A program made the translations under genes and the position numbers. The notes under the pieces were generated by a model. The model had not been told where the DNA came from, did not search any database, and saw only the letters and a list, made by a program, of their open reading frames with translations. From Candidatus Heimdallarchaeota archaeon (lineage in GTDB: Archaea > Asgardarchaeota > Wukongarchaeia > Wukongarchaeales > JBHIFL01), in the NCBI GenBank assembly GCA_046761065.1, contig JBHIFL010000095.1, forward strand, positions 1 to 13,737: a DNA stretch of 13,737 nt, in the 5' to 3' direction. Numbering within the stretch: the first letter of the stretch is position 1; each line of letters opens with the position of its first letter. Of the stretch, positions 1-7,806 are shown piece by piece.

Positions 1-204
1 CTGACCTGGTTGAGCATAAATTGTCATTTTTATATAGGGAAAAAGAACCGCTACGTTAAGTTGCAAACTTCGTTGTCCATAGCAGGAGTTGTTTGGCTGT
101 GCGAGCTTCAATAACTAGTTAGAAATCGTTATTTTAACTGCAGTTCTACGAAGGTATTTTTAGGCAGAGACAACTCACAACTAGCCTTGACGTAGCTATG
201 GGAG

Positions 205-1851
205 CTAGGAGGAATGTCCCCCATCCTCTTCGGGCTTAATCCTGTCAAGCAGCTCTTGCACCAACGTTTGTTGTTCGTCTGTCAGATAATAGCGGGTGAA
301 CTTCCCATCGGACAAAGCACAGAGCAGCCCAACATTGATCAATTTGTCGACATGGTATTGAATCGTATCATGATGAAGGTCCACGAGTCGAGCGAGTTCT
401 GCTTGGTGGACATTCTGATTCCGAATAATCGAATTCATTATTTTTCGAACATTCTCGCTTTTTAGGAGAAAAGCCGCTTCCTTAGACCGTACAATCAACG
501 AATCTTGGGTACAGTAATACACAGTATATCTTCCCACTTTCGTGTGCCTGACAAAACCGAAATCCTCGAGCACCTGTAAATGCCATTTTAAGACCGAAAA
601 TGACGTAGTTACCACGCGTTGAATTTCTCGGAAGTGGGCAACCCCCCGATCTGTCAAAAGATCGAGAATCCTTACTCGAATCTCGTTTTCCAGTATGTCC
701 TCCTCCTTGAGGCGCCGTATGACAGGAGGATACACGATGTGGCCGATAACCCAAATGACCGGGTAAAAAAAATACCACAAGAGCCGTTCTATAAAGTCTT
801 TCCGCGTAATCTTCCCAATAGTGGGGGGCGGAACCGAACGGGCCAGGATTGCTGCCCCACCCAACCCGCCGAGGGCAAGCGCAGCGCCGAGGGCAACAAT
901 TGGGGGGATTTTCTCGATCATCCCATCCTCCGTGATTTCGGCTGTGGGGGTTGATACCTCTTGGGACTCCTTCCCCTCGGTTGTTTCAGGAGCAATTTGT
1001 GGTTCAGAGGTCTGCACCGGTTCTTGAACTTCACTAGTTACGGGAGGTTCTTGCGAGTTCGGGCTCTGCATCCCGGATGAAGTGGTAATGGCTTGATAAA
1101 AAAGGTCGGTCATGAGGTCGGCAAATCTAGGGTTTTGCTCCAATGAAAATGGGCTCACGGACACCAGATATCTCCTCCCTCCACCGTCTGCGGACACGTA
1201 GCATGCGGCAGGACGGTGAATGGCTTGTTTACTGAACGGAAGTTTCTGCACACTCTCGAGTTCTACTAATTCATGGACAGTTTCATCCGGGTCAATCGCA
1301 CTGCCAAACCCAAAAAATGAGAGGGGCTCATTGGCTGTGAAGGGGGACGGGACGGAAAAGGCCTCAGGGTCAACGACTCGCAAATTGAATTGAGGGGCCA
1401 CGCTAACTTTAAATTCCCACTCGTGGGTTATATTCGTGAGTGCGAGGAAAGCCCTCATGCTAGCAGGCAGGCTCATAAGAGAAGGCTGCCATACAAGAAC
1501 ATTGCCTCCGTTTGCCGAGAACTCGGCCAAAATAGAAACCACTACCTCGCTATAATTTACAGGATATTCCCGCATTACAAAGAAAATCACGTCCACATCC
1601 CCAAGCTCTGAGATCTTGAGCTCTACCGGTTGCCCGGGTGGAATTTGTTTGGATGATAGTACGGGTGGAGAATCCAAAAGCTCAAGACAACGTTCAACAA
1701 ACTGTTTACTGCTAGCTGAATCGTAAAGGAGCAATAATCTGGGCGATTCAATCGTCTCTTGGGATGTGTGGGTTGTTGTAAGTACGAAAACGACCAACAC
1801 TAGAGTCCCAAGAAAGAAACCTTTTCGCCCGGCTCTTTTCATCCATCGCAA
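205..1851 (-). CDS. Membrane-anchored transcriptional regulator: N-terminal signal/TM, extracellular alpha/beta domain, P/T/E/Q-rich linker, TM segment(s), C-terminal tandem winged HTH (ArsR-like, COG3398-type)
   Basis: 548-aa ORF; likely start ATG at 1842 (MKRAGRKG). Hydrophobic FFLGTLVLVVFVL; DVDVIFF...FSANGGNVLVW resembles class-I GATase-like folds; linker SQEPPVTSEVQEPVQTSEP; TM IVALGAALALGGLGGAAILA. Two wHTH units: ILENEIRVRILDLL...HFREIQR...LKWHLQVLEDFGFV and NVRKIMNSI...HQAELAR...TIQYHVDKLINVGLL. Confidence 0.85.
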   Translation of the reverse strand: MRWMKRAGRKGFFLGTLVLVVFVLTTTHTSQETIESPRLLLLYDSASSKQFVERCLELLDSPPVLSSKQIPPGQPVELKISELGDVDVIFFVMREYPVNYSEVVVSILAEFSANGGNVLVWQPSLMSLPASMRAFLALTNITHEWEFKVSVAPQFNLRVVDPEAFSVPSPFTANEPLSFFGFGSAIDPDETVHELVELESVQKLPFSKQAIHRPAACYVSADGGGRRYLVSVSPFSLEQNPRFADLMTDLFYQAITTSSGMQSPNSQEPPVTSEVQEPVQTSEPQIAPETTEGKESQEVSTPTAEITEDGMIEKIPPIVALGAALALGGLGGAAILARSVPPPTIGKITRKDFIERLLWYFFYPVIWVIGHIVYPPVIRRLKEEDILENEIRVRILDLLTDRGVAHFREIQRVVTTSFSVLKWHLQVLEDFGFVRHTKVGRYTVYYCTQDSLIVRSKEAAFLLKSENVRKIMNSIIRNQNVHQAELARLVDLHHDTIQYHVDKLINVGLLCALSDGKFTRYYLTDEQQTLVQELLDRIKPEEDGGHSS

Positions 1852-2058
1852 AATTCATCCGCCCCTGATTCTCAAAATTGCTAGAAGGGACCAAAAACGA
1901 GGAATATTGATCCCCCAAAGACTTGCTCCCGTTCAACAACCTTTTGTTCAATTTCTCTCGTTTTTAGGATGGTCAAATAATCACTCGTGTCCTTGAGCGA
2001 TTATACGACATGTTCAATATACCACTTTCTCAAATAATCATAGCAATGTTCTTCAAAT

Positions 2059-2146
2059 TTAAGATTTATTATTTATTAGGCACAAACGTCCGCGTAAAAA
2101 AGGAATTACACCCCTATCGCGGAGAACTGTTCTCCAAACCTTATAA
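2059..2146. promoter_or_regulatory. Bidirectional promoter module, copy 1 (palindrome GGAGAAC-T-GTTCTCC at 2121-2135 followed by AAACC-TTATAA)
   Basis: Perfect 7-1-7 inverted repeat abutting a BRE/TATA-like box 53 nt before the 2194 ATG. An outward-facing AAATCTTAAA lies on the minus strand at about 2058-2067. Homologous to 4221-4307. Confidence 0.75.
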
Positions 2147-2193
2147 GAGCCCACTTCCTTATCAAAAATAAGAAACAAAAAAGTGGATAAACA

Positions 2194-3405
2194 ATGGCTT
2201 TGAAGAATTTGCAGAGATCGGCTTTGATCTTTTGGCTTTTAGCGTCCGTTTTAAGCGGGGCGTTCATAGGTTCTGGCGTACAGATCTCAGGTGAACAGGA
2301 GGCAGGGCCTCCCACAGTTCAACCAGGAATTCCCGTGGAATTACCCGATGGGGCACCAGCCACGGTTATCCCGGGGAAAGCGGTTCAAATTGTAACTCCG
2401 AGTGGCGTTCAGATCGACTTAACCGTTGGCGAGACGGTAGAGATCACCGTATCCTTTACCCGAGACCCCCCTGCACAGCTGCCCGAGCAGGCCCACGCGA
2501 CCCTCCCAGAGGGTGTCGCCTCCCTCGACCTGTACCTCACCATCGAGCTTAATGACACCGACGCCTCCGTGGATGCAGAGCTGGCGGTCCCGTACACGGA
2601 TGAGGAGGTGGCAGCAGCCAACCTCCGCGAAGACAGCCTAGTGTTGCACTACTGGGACCCTGAAGCCGGTGACACGGGTATGTGGATGCCCATCGCCAAC
2701 CCGGGCATCGACACCGCCAAGAACTACGTGACCGGGCGCACGCCGCACTTCAGCACCTGGACCATCCTTGGCGAGCAACAACCGCCTAGAGGACCCCCTG
2801 AAACAGTTCAACCGGGAATCCCCTTCGATTTGGAAGATGGTGTGCCCGCCGCCATTAAACCTGGAGAGATGGTCACGGTCAACACACCAGGGAATGCAGT
2901 GATCAATGTGACAGTAGGCAAGGCGGTAGAGATTAATGTAACCTTTACCCGAGACCCCCCTGCACAGCTGCCCGAGCAGGCCCACGCGACCCTCCCAGAG
3001 GGTGTCGCCTCCCTCGACCTGTACCTCACCATCGAGCTTAATGACACCGACGCCTCCGTGGATGCAGAGCTGGCGGTCCCGTACACGGATGAGGAGGTGG
3101 CAGCAGCCAACCTCCGCGAAGACAGCCTAGTGTTGCACTACTGGGACCCTGAAGCCGGTGACACGGGTATGTGGATGCCCATCGCCAACCCGGGCATTGA
3201 CACCGCCAAGAACTACGTGACCGGGCGCACACCGCACTTCAGCACTTGGACCATCCTCGGAGAGACAACTGAACCTGAACCCACTACAACTACGGAAGAA
3301 CCAGCTGTTCCTGAAATGCGTGCTCTTGGAATTCTACCTGCATTGTTGGGCCTTACAATTGGGGGCAGTCTTCTAGTGGTCATACGAAAACGACGCCGAC
3401 GCTAA
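2194..3405 (+). CDS. Secreted, C-terminally anchored cell-surface protein with two tandem 163-aa repeats, each ending in an HFS motif
   Basis: Signal peptide MALKNLQRSALIFWLLASVL. Repeated domain YTDEEV...EDSLVLHYWD...W...GIDT..NYV...PHFSTW. T/E/P linker, VPEM, TM helix, RKRRRR tail (archaeosortase-substrate-like tripartite C-terminus). Confidence 0.88.
   Translation: MALKNLQRSALIFWLLASVLSGAFIGSGVQISGEQEAGPPTVQPGIPVELPDGAPATVIPGKAVQIVTPSGVQIDLTVGETVEITVSFTRDPPAQLPEQAHATLPEGVASLDLYLTIELNDTDASVDAELAVPYTDEEVAAANLREDSLVLHYWDPEAGDTGMWMPIANPGIDTAKNYVTGRTPHFSTWTILGEQQPPRGPPETVQPGIPFDLEDGVPAAIKPGEMVTVNTPGNAVINVTVGKAVEINVTFTRDPPAQLPEQAHATLPEGVASLDLYLTIELNDTDASVDAELAVPYTDEEVAAANLREDSLVLHYWDPEAGDTGMWMPIANPGIDTAKNYVTGRTPHFSTWTILGETTEPEPTTTTEEPAVPEMRALGILPALLGLTIGGSLLVVIRKRRRR
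2453..3257 (+). repeat. Intragenic direct repeat: 2453-2768 and 2942-3257 (316 bp, offset 489 nt)
   Basis: Compared base by base: identical over 2453-2708, then 3 synonymous mismatches in the last ~60 nt. Confidence 0.95.
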
Positions 3406-3407
3406 GC

Positions 3408-3429
3408 CTCCCTTCCCTCCTTTTTTCCC
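3408..3429 (+). terminator. Pyrimidine-rich/oligo-T archaeal terminator
   Basis: CTCCCTTCCCTCCTTTTTTCCC immediately after the TAA. Similar tracts follow the genes ending near 9825 and at 12110. Confidence 0.55.
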
Positions 3430-3526
3430 AGATTCAAGCCGCTTATATACCTTTAATTGATGCATTAATTAAACGTAGGATAACGCTTGATCGTCGACAT
3501 TAGTATGATTTATTGATTTAATTTCC

Positions 3527-4093
3527 TTATTTTAAATATCCTCCTAGAACGGTAATGACGATTAAGAAAAGAAGGTGTGGTATGTTAATTTCATTCATAG
3601 TCGTTGGTACAGTGATAATCTCACTTATAGTCGTTGTTACAGACTCCGTGATCGTTAGGGGTATACTTACGCCCCTTGGCCTTGGTTTAAATACGACCTC
3701 GTATGTAACAGTGGCAATACCAAACTAATCGAATACACATTTGAATACTAAAATCCATATAGCATCAAATGGAACAATTAACTCCGCTGCTTCCTCATAC
3801 ATGTAAGTCCTTTCGTAATAGTTGCGATATGAATTTTCTGCCCGATACTACGTAAATTCAGATTCGGGGAAGACAACGGGGTCAATAAATATGCAATCAG
3901 GGCCATCAAAGCGCCAGAAGATGATATCACCTTGTTTGGCCTCCCATTGTCAACCACTTCATAATCTTTTATCTCAATCCTCAATCGTCATTTCCTGCCC
4001 GAAACTTGGTACTCCATTAAAAATAAACATTAAACCGAGTAGTATGGTTGTTAAAAGAAGAAATATCGATCTTCTACTTATTCGCTCTCCCAT
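3527..4093 (-). pseudogene. Decayed type-I membrane surface protein with a putative emp24/p24 (GOLD)-like beta domain
   Basis: Hand translation from ATG 4093 in one frame: MGERISRRSIFLLLTTILLGLMFIFNGVPSFGQEMTIED*DKRL*SG*QWEAKQGDIIFWRFDGPDCIFIDPVVFPESEFT*YRAENSYRNYYERTYMYEEAAELIVPFDAIWILVFKCVFD*FGIATVTYEVVFKPRPRGVSIPLTITESVTTTISEIITVPTTMNEINIPHLLFLIVITVLGGYLK*. It has a signal peptide, a Thr-rich stalk and a C-terminal TM. A 7-nt duplication (GATTGAG twice) explains the TGA cluster. Confidence 0.75.
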
Positions 4094-4220
4094 TGACAAA
4101 CACACCATGGTAATTCAGTTCAGGTTGATGTCTGTAATCTCCTTCATTTTTCATTTTTGTGTTTTTAATTCACAGTCACTAGTTAATCTTCTTCCCTTAA
4201 TTTAACACATAGTTTAGAAG

Positions 4221-4307
4221 TTAAGGTTTGTTGTGTATTAGGTACAAATGTCCATGAAAAAGTAACGGCCCTCAATTTCGCGGAGAACTGTTCTTCAAAC
4301 CTTAAAT
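4221..4307. promoter_or_regulatory. Bidirectional promoter module, copy 2 (GGAGAACTGTTCTTC-AAACC-TTAAAT)
   Basis: Aligns colinearly with 2059-2146. Lies between the divergent 4093(-) pseudogene and the 4364(+) ORF. Confidence 0.75.
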
Positions 4308-4363
4308 GTATTTTACTTTCTATTATATACTGGAAATACAATCTGTCCGAATGGTGAAATCTG

Positions 4364-4579
4364 ATGAATATAGCATTGGTTGAATCGGGTTTTGATAAGA
4401 TAATAGAAGATGAATCGATAAACATCGAGCAGGTGGCAGATCTTGATTTTAATTTACGCATGTATCAAAGTTATGGAGAATTGAAATCAACACTAACTGA
4501 AATCCTAACGGTTCTAATGCAACTCCTCAAAGCACTAGCGGTTTGGGACTTTAGTTTAGCAAACAGCGAGGTGGACTAA
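4364..4579 (+). CDS. Small acidic hypothetical protein (71 aa)
   Basis: GGTGA RBS at 4353-4357, downstream of the duplicated promoter. Its stop overlaps the next start (TAATG). Confidence 0.6.
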   Translation: MNIALVESGFDKIIEDESINIEQVADLDFNLRMYQSYGELKSTLTEILTVLMQLLKALAVWDFSLANSEVD

Positions 4580-4740
4580 TGTTAAAACTGCTCGAACGCT
4601 TTGCCAAAAAGAAGGCGGAGAAAATCACTCCCAAGACCCCACCTATCGCTCCCAAGATCCCCACCTATCAAAGAACCCCCTATTTAGACGAATTGAAAAC
4701 TTTATTCGAGAAGAAAAAAGAAGAAAATCGGAGACTATAA
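4579..4740 (+). CDS. Small basic Pro-rich protein (53 aa) MLKLLERFAKKKAEKITPKTPPIAPKIPTYQRTPYLDELKTLFEKKKEENRRL; not in the ORF track
   Basis: GAGGTGG RBS and TAATG translational coupling with the upstream ORF. Open to TAA at 4738-4740. Confidence 0.65.
   Translation: MLKLLERFAKKKAEKITPKTPPIAPKIPTYQRTPYLDELKTLFEKKKEENRRL
4628..4669 (+). repeat. Tandem ~21-nt duplication CTCCCAAGA(T)CCCCACCTATC
   Basis: Copies at 4628-4647 and 4649-4669, within the Pro-rich part of the 53-aa ORF. Confidence 0.85.
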
Positions 4741-5838
4741 AGTTTTTGTGGGAGAAGAGGGTTAGAGCCCTGTCCAAGCTGGAGGGGCTGAGCCATTTAC
4801 AGGAGGATCTCTCCCTCTCCTTTCCACTCGCTTTCCCTCGGGCAGGAAAGAACTGGGTTCCGCTCCCTTCATGATCAACCTACCTCTAAAGCTCTCTACT
4901 TTATCGTTCCTCCTTTCCCTTTGGAATCCAGCTAGTTAACTAACTATTTGGGCCACGCGCTAGGTCCGGTGTTTCACCTTTTCCTGGATCGCATGGAACA
5001 CTTCCCACCTATTCCGCATCAAGACCTGCCACACCTCGTAGCCCACAAGCCCCATCTTCTGGCATGGAGATACTCTTTTGGCGATGGCCATTATTCTCTT
5101 ATCCGTGTTGATAAAGAAGAAGAGAAAATTTTTGGCTTTTATTGTGTACAACGAAGGATAGTGTACATTGGAGTTCAGACATATAATTTGGATTCCGAAT
5201 AATTACCAGTGTAATCATCAATATGAGAAGATCCTTGTCAAACGGTATTTAGATGAATTCATGTAATTAGGGGATGGAGCGGGCATTCTGATGCGAAGTG
5301 GGCGTGTACAGAGGAAAAGGTTGACAAACAGCACACAGGAGAAGAGAGATAGAATCAGGGCAGAGGATATGCAATTGCTTCGGGTATTCTTGGAAATAAG
5401 AGAAGGATCGGTAGTACGTGGTTAGTTGACTTATAACCGAATTTTTTCCTAGAACGCATTTGAAGATTGGATCCTTACCTTTATATCATTACTAAAGTTG
5501 AGTTTTGTTGTTCTACAATTTACACTCATCACTATAAAATGGATAACGTAGTAGAAGGTATTTAAACCGTATATTAATGTCTGTTTTGTAAATGTGGACT
5601 TGACAGAGGTTTTTGCTTTAGTATAAACTAATTAAAATAGTTCTGGGTTCTATCGGAGCCGAAACAACGAGTTAAGGCCATCTGACTTATATAGAGCCTA
5701 TTAGCCTCTTGGAACATTTCCCAGTGAACGAAGCTAATTACTATAAAGCTCAAGCATGTATATCTTAATATATAGAGCCACTCGGTCTGTGTGCTCGTCA
5801 CCTCATATTATATCGTGCAAAGGTTGTTTTCAAAAAAT

Positions 5839-6669
5839 TTAGATTAGATCTAACGCCCAGAGGACCAGGAAGTTTGCATACAGGGCACCTAAGGCTAATA
5901 CCAACACCTTTTCCAAGGCTAACATCTTTATTTTTTGTAAATTGAACACTTGAATTTGCAGACTCCAGACTTGGAGCCCTGTGACAATCACAAACGCGAT
6001 GGACGCAGGAATTCTGGTGATCCCAAACAAGCGAAATGAGAGATACCAAATGCTTAGGAAGAGGGTTTGTGGAAGGAAAGAGATCACCGTGATGAACCAG
6101 ACGCCACGGATGCCTTGACGTCTGGCAAAGAAGAAACGAGATCCGCCCTCAAAGAATAAAAACAAGAAAAGACAGCTTATTAAAACAGCTAGGAGCGAAA
6201 CCGGGACTGAATACCCCTTGAAAAGAATAATATAGCCTGCAACTACCGAATTCATTGTGGCTGAAAGCCAGCCTAATACGCTGATGATCAGCAGAGCTTC
6301 CAGGAACGAGTGTATTGGAGTATGAACAAAACCATTAATCAGCTTTTGAAGGGACAGAGCCGCAAAGAATCGGTTCTTTTGGATGCCTAGGCCCTGTTGC
6401 GATGGGGATGTCGAAACAACGTCTGTGCCAGTGTCGAGCAGTTTGCTTGCTTGCACTCCAAGAGGACTAAAGCGATAACGTTTATCCTTGTCTTGAACCA
6501 CCAATTCCTTCAGGATTCCGAGATGATGATAAAGGCTACCAGGAGTTATATCCAACTCTGCAATAAAATCCGAATACGTGACGAACTCCCGTTCTGCAAC
6601 CAACCGAAGGATTTTGCGACGAATAGGATGGTTTAGGGCCTCATAGAACTCCTGTTCTTTATCGTACAA
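5839..6669 (-). CDS. ArsR-like wHTH fused to a multi-pass membrane domain (Yip1-like)
   Basis: N-terminus FYEALNHPIRRKILRLV...TYSDF...ITPGSLYHHLGIL is a typical ArsR-type wHTH. About 5 C-terminal hydrophobic helices with an SFLP...WSL...L..EK pattern reminiscent of Yip1. TTG start, GGGAGTG RBS, TTTATAA box at 6701-6707. Confidence 0.85.
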   Translation of the reverse strand: MYDKEQEFYEALNHPIRRKILRLVAEREFVTYSDFIAELDITPGSLYHHLGILKELVVQDKDKRYRFSPLGVQASKLLDTGTDVVSTSPSQQGLGIQKNRFFAALSLQKLINGFVHTPIHSFLEALLIISVLGWLSATMNSVVAGYIILFKGYSVPVSLLAVLISCLFLFLFFEGGSRFFFARRQGIRGVWFITVISFLPQTLFLSIWYLSFRLFGITRIPASIAFVIVTGLQVWSLQIQVFNLQKIKMLALEKVLVLALGALYANFLVLWALDLI

Positions 6670-6721
6670 TGTTCGCAGTCACTCCCATCTATCTTTCGGA
6701 TTATAAACTCTTAATCTTATT

Positions 6722-6739
6722 GAGAAGTAAATCCTTCTC
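6722..6739. promoter_or_regulatory. Inverted repeat GAGAAG-N6-CTTCTC upstream of the TATA of the wHTH-membrane gene (candidate operator)
   Basis: Perfect 6-bp arms, 14 nt upstream of the minus-strand TTTATAA. Confidence 0.45.
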
Positions 6740-6889
6740 GAAATAAAAATTGCCTGATCCTAAATTGTGGGAAGGTATTATTCGGTTTTTGGATTGATCC
6801 CCTTCATTGGTGAATATATCGTTTTATATCTTATGAACGCTCTCCTCTGTATCAGATTTCAGGAAAAGAAAAATTCGTTACATCGATAG

Positions 6890-7726
6890 TTATCTGCGCC
6901 TAGAATAAACACCAATGACCAGAAGAACGGATGCTATTAGGACCATATAACTGTAATGGGTCGTTGTAATCCTACCAATCACCCCGGGAACTCCTCGGAA
7001 GCCAAGTGACGGATCGTGCTCTAAGTTATCAAAATGGGGGTATGCGAGAAATACTGATTTTTCCGCAATAGTTATGCCTACCGTATCCTCTTCGTTGTTA
7101 ACCATAGCGATGGTCGATGATTCGAAATAGGCATTCCCAGCCAATTCCACCCCGTTCTCTAGTTCGCGGGTGGCTGTATCCAGATCTTGTTCTGAAATGA
7201 CATCAAACTGAAGTGCTAGCATAGTTGTGGCATCGTGCCACGCCCAATTTGTAATTTGGATATCAAATTTAAGGCGCTCGGGCTGCGTTGGAGCATAGTG
7301 ATTGACTAAGCTAATGGCTGGGGAGCGTGCTTTGCTCGGGGTGGAGAACGTGAAGGTTTGAGCCGCGTCATTGATGGTGAAGCCCCAGTCCGCGCTTGGC
7401 AAGGAATATGATCCCCGCAGAATCGCTTCTTTGGGGCTATATTTTCCATCCCCGTCCTCATCGGCGAACTCAATGAGCTTCATGAACTTCACAAGATAGG
7501 TTCGATTGGTTGGGTTCGAGAATCGATAAAATGGTGGGCTTCCGCGTCCCACAAAACTAAAGGTATATCCATTTGAGCCCACAGTCGCCTTGTTTTCCTT
7601 GGCATCATACTCTACGCGCCCCTGCTCTTGAGGGTCCGAGCGGCCTGCAAGTGCTGGGTGGATAATGGACAGCATCAGGGTAATTGCAAGGATTACGAGC
7701 AGAATGGATCGTTTCGCCAAGTTCAC
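6890..7726 (-). CDS. Secreted C-terminally anchored surface protein, paralog A (EF-hand-like loop)
   Basis: Signal peptide; KLIEFADEDGDGKYSPKE; LVNHY..LKFDIQITNWAW; YPHF..L.HDPSLGF; VPG, TM helix, RRR tail. Clearly homologous to 11178-12110. Confidence 0.88.
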   Translation of the reverse strand: MNLAKRSILLVILAITLMLSIIHPALAGRSDPQEQGRVEYDAKENKATVGSNGYTFSFVGRGSPPFYRFSNPTNRTYLVKFMKLIEFADEDGDGKYSPKEAILRGSYSLPSADWGFTINDAAQTFTFSTPSKARSPAISLVNHYAPTQPERLKFDIQITNWAWHDATTMLALQFDVISEQDLDTATRELENGVELAGNAYFESSTIAMVNNEEDTVGITIAEKSVFLAYPHFDNLEHDPSLGFRGVPGVIGRITTTHYSYMVLIASVLLVIGVYSRRR

Positions 7727-7753
7727 TCACACAACTTACCTAATCTTTCCACA

Positions 7754-7806
7754 ATAAAAGATTTCAGTTTTATAGACCCAGAAGTCTAACCTCAAGCCGA
7801 ATTGAG
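7754..7806 (-). promoter_or_regulatory. Operator CTCAA-N6-TTGAG (7791-7806), degenerate second site and BRE/TATA for paralog A
   Basis: Minus strand: CTCAA ttcggc TTGAG gttagac TTCTG ggtcta TAAAA ctgaaatc TTTTAT. The TATA-like box is about 28 nt from the GTG start. Confidence 0.75.

Noticed and set aside
1-27. Possible minus-strand gene start MTIYAQPGQ running off the window edge
   Set aside because: Only 9 codons are visible, so it cannot be supported.
214-1996. Short ORFs overlapping the 548-aa gene (214-465, 482-778, 619-954, 821-1027, 1390-1611, 1748-1951, 1766-1996)
   Set aside because: Shadow frames of a well-supported CDS with no recognisable motifs. The same applies to the antisense ORFs within 2194-3405, 5839-6669, 11178-12110 and 12512-13363.
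2453-3257. Diversity-generating retroelement TR/VR pair
   Set aside because: Both copies are coding, the mismatches are synonymous and not adenine-specific, and no reverse transcriptase is present in the window.
3582-3728. 48-aa hydrophobic + strand ORF (MLISFIVVGTVIISLIVVV...) with a GGTG upstream
   Set aside because: Better explained as the antisense of the Thr-rich stalk of the 3527-4093 pseudogene.
3920-3990. Three in-frame TGA codons as possible selenocysteine
   Set aside because: They fall in a short frameshifted segment following a 7-nt duplication; the alternative frame reads IEIKDYEVV. There is no redox motif and no recognisable SECIS.
4948-5400. ORFs 4948-5202(+) and 4960-5151(-) and a hydrophobic minus-strand stretch near 5300-5400
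   Set aside because: No clear start signals or family motifs. Possibly decayed coding DNA, but I could not reconstruct it.
5650-5780. Recurring TATAGAGCC-like words as a possible CRISPR or iteron array
   Set aside because: Short, degenerate and irregularly spaced (38, 52, 29 nt). No CRISPR array or cas gene was seen in the window.
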